Below are positions 62,168 to 64,000 of a stretch of 64,000 nucleotides of DNA, piece after piece. The stretch comes from Takakia lepidozioides (lineage: Eukaryota; Plantae; Bryophyta). The notes under the pieces were generated by a model, which did no database searches, had not been told where the DNA came from, and saw only the letters and a list, made by a program, of their open reading frames with translations. Both the position numbers and the translations under genes were made by a program. Numbering within the stretch: the stretch's first letter is position 1; each line of letters begins with the position of its first letter. The stretch lies in the NCBI GenBank assembly GCA_030704615.1, contig CM060733.1:25668001-25732000 (forward strand), written 5' to 3'.

Positions 62168-64000
62168 CTTTCTGCCCTTGTCAAACCATTAACTGGGGTT
62201 TGAAACATAATTCTTCCATAGCTCCTCATGTCTATTCTTGCTTTTTGGATGTTTGCCTGCAACTGCAGTACCACTAACATATCAAAACAGTTGGATAAAC
62301 AAGAGATCCACCTGGACGTATCTTAGGAGACCCATAAAGAAGTGTGCATGCTCCTAGGGGAACCTTTGTAGCAAGGTGAAAATTTAAAAGGCAGATGGGG
62401 CAAACTCACAGTTGTCACCTATTGCATGTGATGGAGGACCAATTAAGCCTAAATAGGCTAAAGAAGAAAGGTACTCCCCACAAACCCTGAATCTAGTTGC
62501 ATGATAATTACCTTTAGCTGCAACCAGCCTTTCCAATACATCCTCCACCCACATAGGTTTCTTGTAGCTATCACTCCACATTGCCTGGTTGGTACTCTTC
62601 TGCTTGAAATGTGGTCCTCTATGTGGGAGCTGCACATGCACTCCATCCCTGCCTCCTTCAATGGTCCTTGTCTCCGCATGTAAATGCAATATCTTGGCTC
62701 TCATTACAAGTAGATGACAATGACCACCGCTAATCTGCTGTTTATAGCAAGCATCCCACTCCTACCTAATGTACACTAGTTCTATCCCGAGAGACTGCAA
62801 AAAACATTATGAGAGGAGGGACACAGCATGTCAGCCAGGTCCGGCATGGCTCAGGCATACCCTTTTGGGTATTTGAGACAGCCTGGAATTTCCAGAGTGC
62901 TAGGGAACAGAGTGTTAACTAGCGTGCTGGCATTGGCCTCACCCTGAACAGCATGAGGTTGTCCCGACAGTGCTCCATTATATTGCCTCAACTTCAACAG
63001 ATTCGAGTGTGGTTGAGTCAGTATTGAGAAATGGCAGACAAGAGAGAAATAAAATGGTACTTCATAACGTGGAACGCTCCAAGAGCTTATAGAACAATAG
63101 AGAGAAAGAAACAAGAAAGAGAGAGGGGCCCTCCACAAGCAGCCCAAAAGCAACTATTGCTCAAGGGATTGTCTAGAGCAATGCTTCATGCAGGTAAGCT
63201 ACCAAGCATCTCTGATCCTCGTAATGCAAGACCTCTGTGAGGGATTGGGTGTCACGGAATAGACAATTGAATCTCCCACGGATCTCATAGTAGAAAGGGC
63301 AGTGAAAGAAGGAAAGTTCTTCACTTTCGATTTCCTTGTTGTTCCCAGCGCAAGCGGGGCATAGGCGGTCCTCACGTTGCAGGCTTACATGGGCTCAGAG
63401 CAGTAGGAAAGTGCATACAATGCAGGATGACAGTAGAGGGCCATTCATACGGTAGGGTATTGCAGACTGTGGGAGCCCCACCGAACCTCCCCAAAGCGCT
63501 CAGAAGAGAGGGAGATAGAGCTGCAGATAGGCAACCGGGCCGCAAGTTTCTATCGTCACGGAGTACCAAGAATGTCTCCCGATAGAACTGCAGTTTTGTT
63601 GTTAGAGTGGCTGGTTTCCATATCCGCCTGACGTGAAGTTCCAGAAGTTCTCGGCTGATGCATTTCGAGAGAGACCCTTGCCACTACCGTTAATTTGTGA
63701 GAAATTTTTCAAAGCATCTTCTCGACTAGTCTGTCTCTTCTCTAATTAATAGACATTCACCTTATTGCGATTGTCCAACCCTTGACTGGGGTCCGCAAAA
63801 TACTCGTTGCAAAGCTTCTCCACATCTGTAATTTGGATTTTCGGATATTTGCGCTTGTGACCTCCTTGCTCGTTCCCCTCTCCATAATCTGCGCCATCAT
63901 CTACTGTCTCCACTGCCCCGCAAGTTGACCTGAGACTTTTGGAAGCAAATCTCAAGACTGGCAAATGCACAAGGCACCCATAGATTATGGACAAGCCACA
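62168..64000 (-). pseudogene. Upstream PDF exons of gene A (damaged)
   Basis: Exon 1 63761->64000 (DVEKLCNEYFADPSQGLDNRNK); exon 2 62512-62629 (LPHRGPHFKQKSTNQAMWSDSYKKPMWVEDVLERL); exon 3 62168-62256 (HEELWKNYVSNPS*WFDKGRK, TAA at 62189-91). The acceptor of exon 4 reads AA instead of AG at 61990-91. Confidence 0.82.

Noticed and set aside
62189-62191. TAA in gene A exon 3 rescued by U-to-C editing
   Set aside because: Such editing is organellar and this is a nuclear gene; a CAA>TAA mutation is simpler.
62950-63600. Extra ~0.65 kb in gene A intron 1 relative to gene B
   Set aside because: Probably an insertion, but no termini or coding signature could be identified.

Overview
Eukaryotic nuclear DNA, probably from a non-seed land plant (inferred from the near-identical PLS-PPR triplets, the intron style and the TE types). 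Contents, left to right: two nested, degenerate Ty3/gypsy elements (0.2-7.7 kb); a scrambled field of PPR fragments (7.7-10.3 kb); an intact 13-exon plastidic glucose transporter (pGlcT-like, minus strand); an L1-type LINE and an unclassified TE-like block with an orphan ORF (21-27 kb); a head-to-head pair of PLS-PPR genes (C minus, D plus; D carries a LINE in an intron); a large multi-exon tandem-BRCT + BAH gene; and a tandem pair of PLS-PPR genes (B, A), of which A has a complete E-DYW deaminase domain. Main result: the ORF track shows the PPR genes as single-exon ORFs, but manual splicing shows that all four, plus the remnants, have small upstream exons. These encode one or two copies of a motif matching the PDF ssDNA-binding motif of organellar OSB proteins (best copy: EKLWNEYFADPTNWWDNRGNK^IHPRGPDFKHKSTNQALWIDSSKNPWWVEDEL). 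The window therefore holds a family of transit peptide-PDF(n)-PLS PPR-E-DYW fusion genes in various states of decay. Splice models are read from GT/AG signals, phase consistency and paralog alignment only; no expression data or database searches were available.
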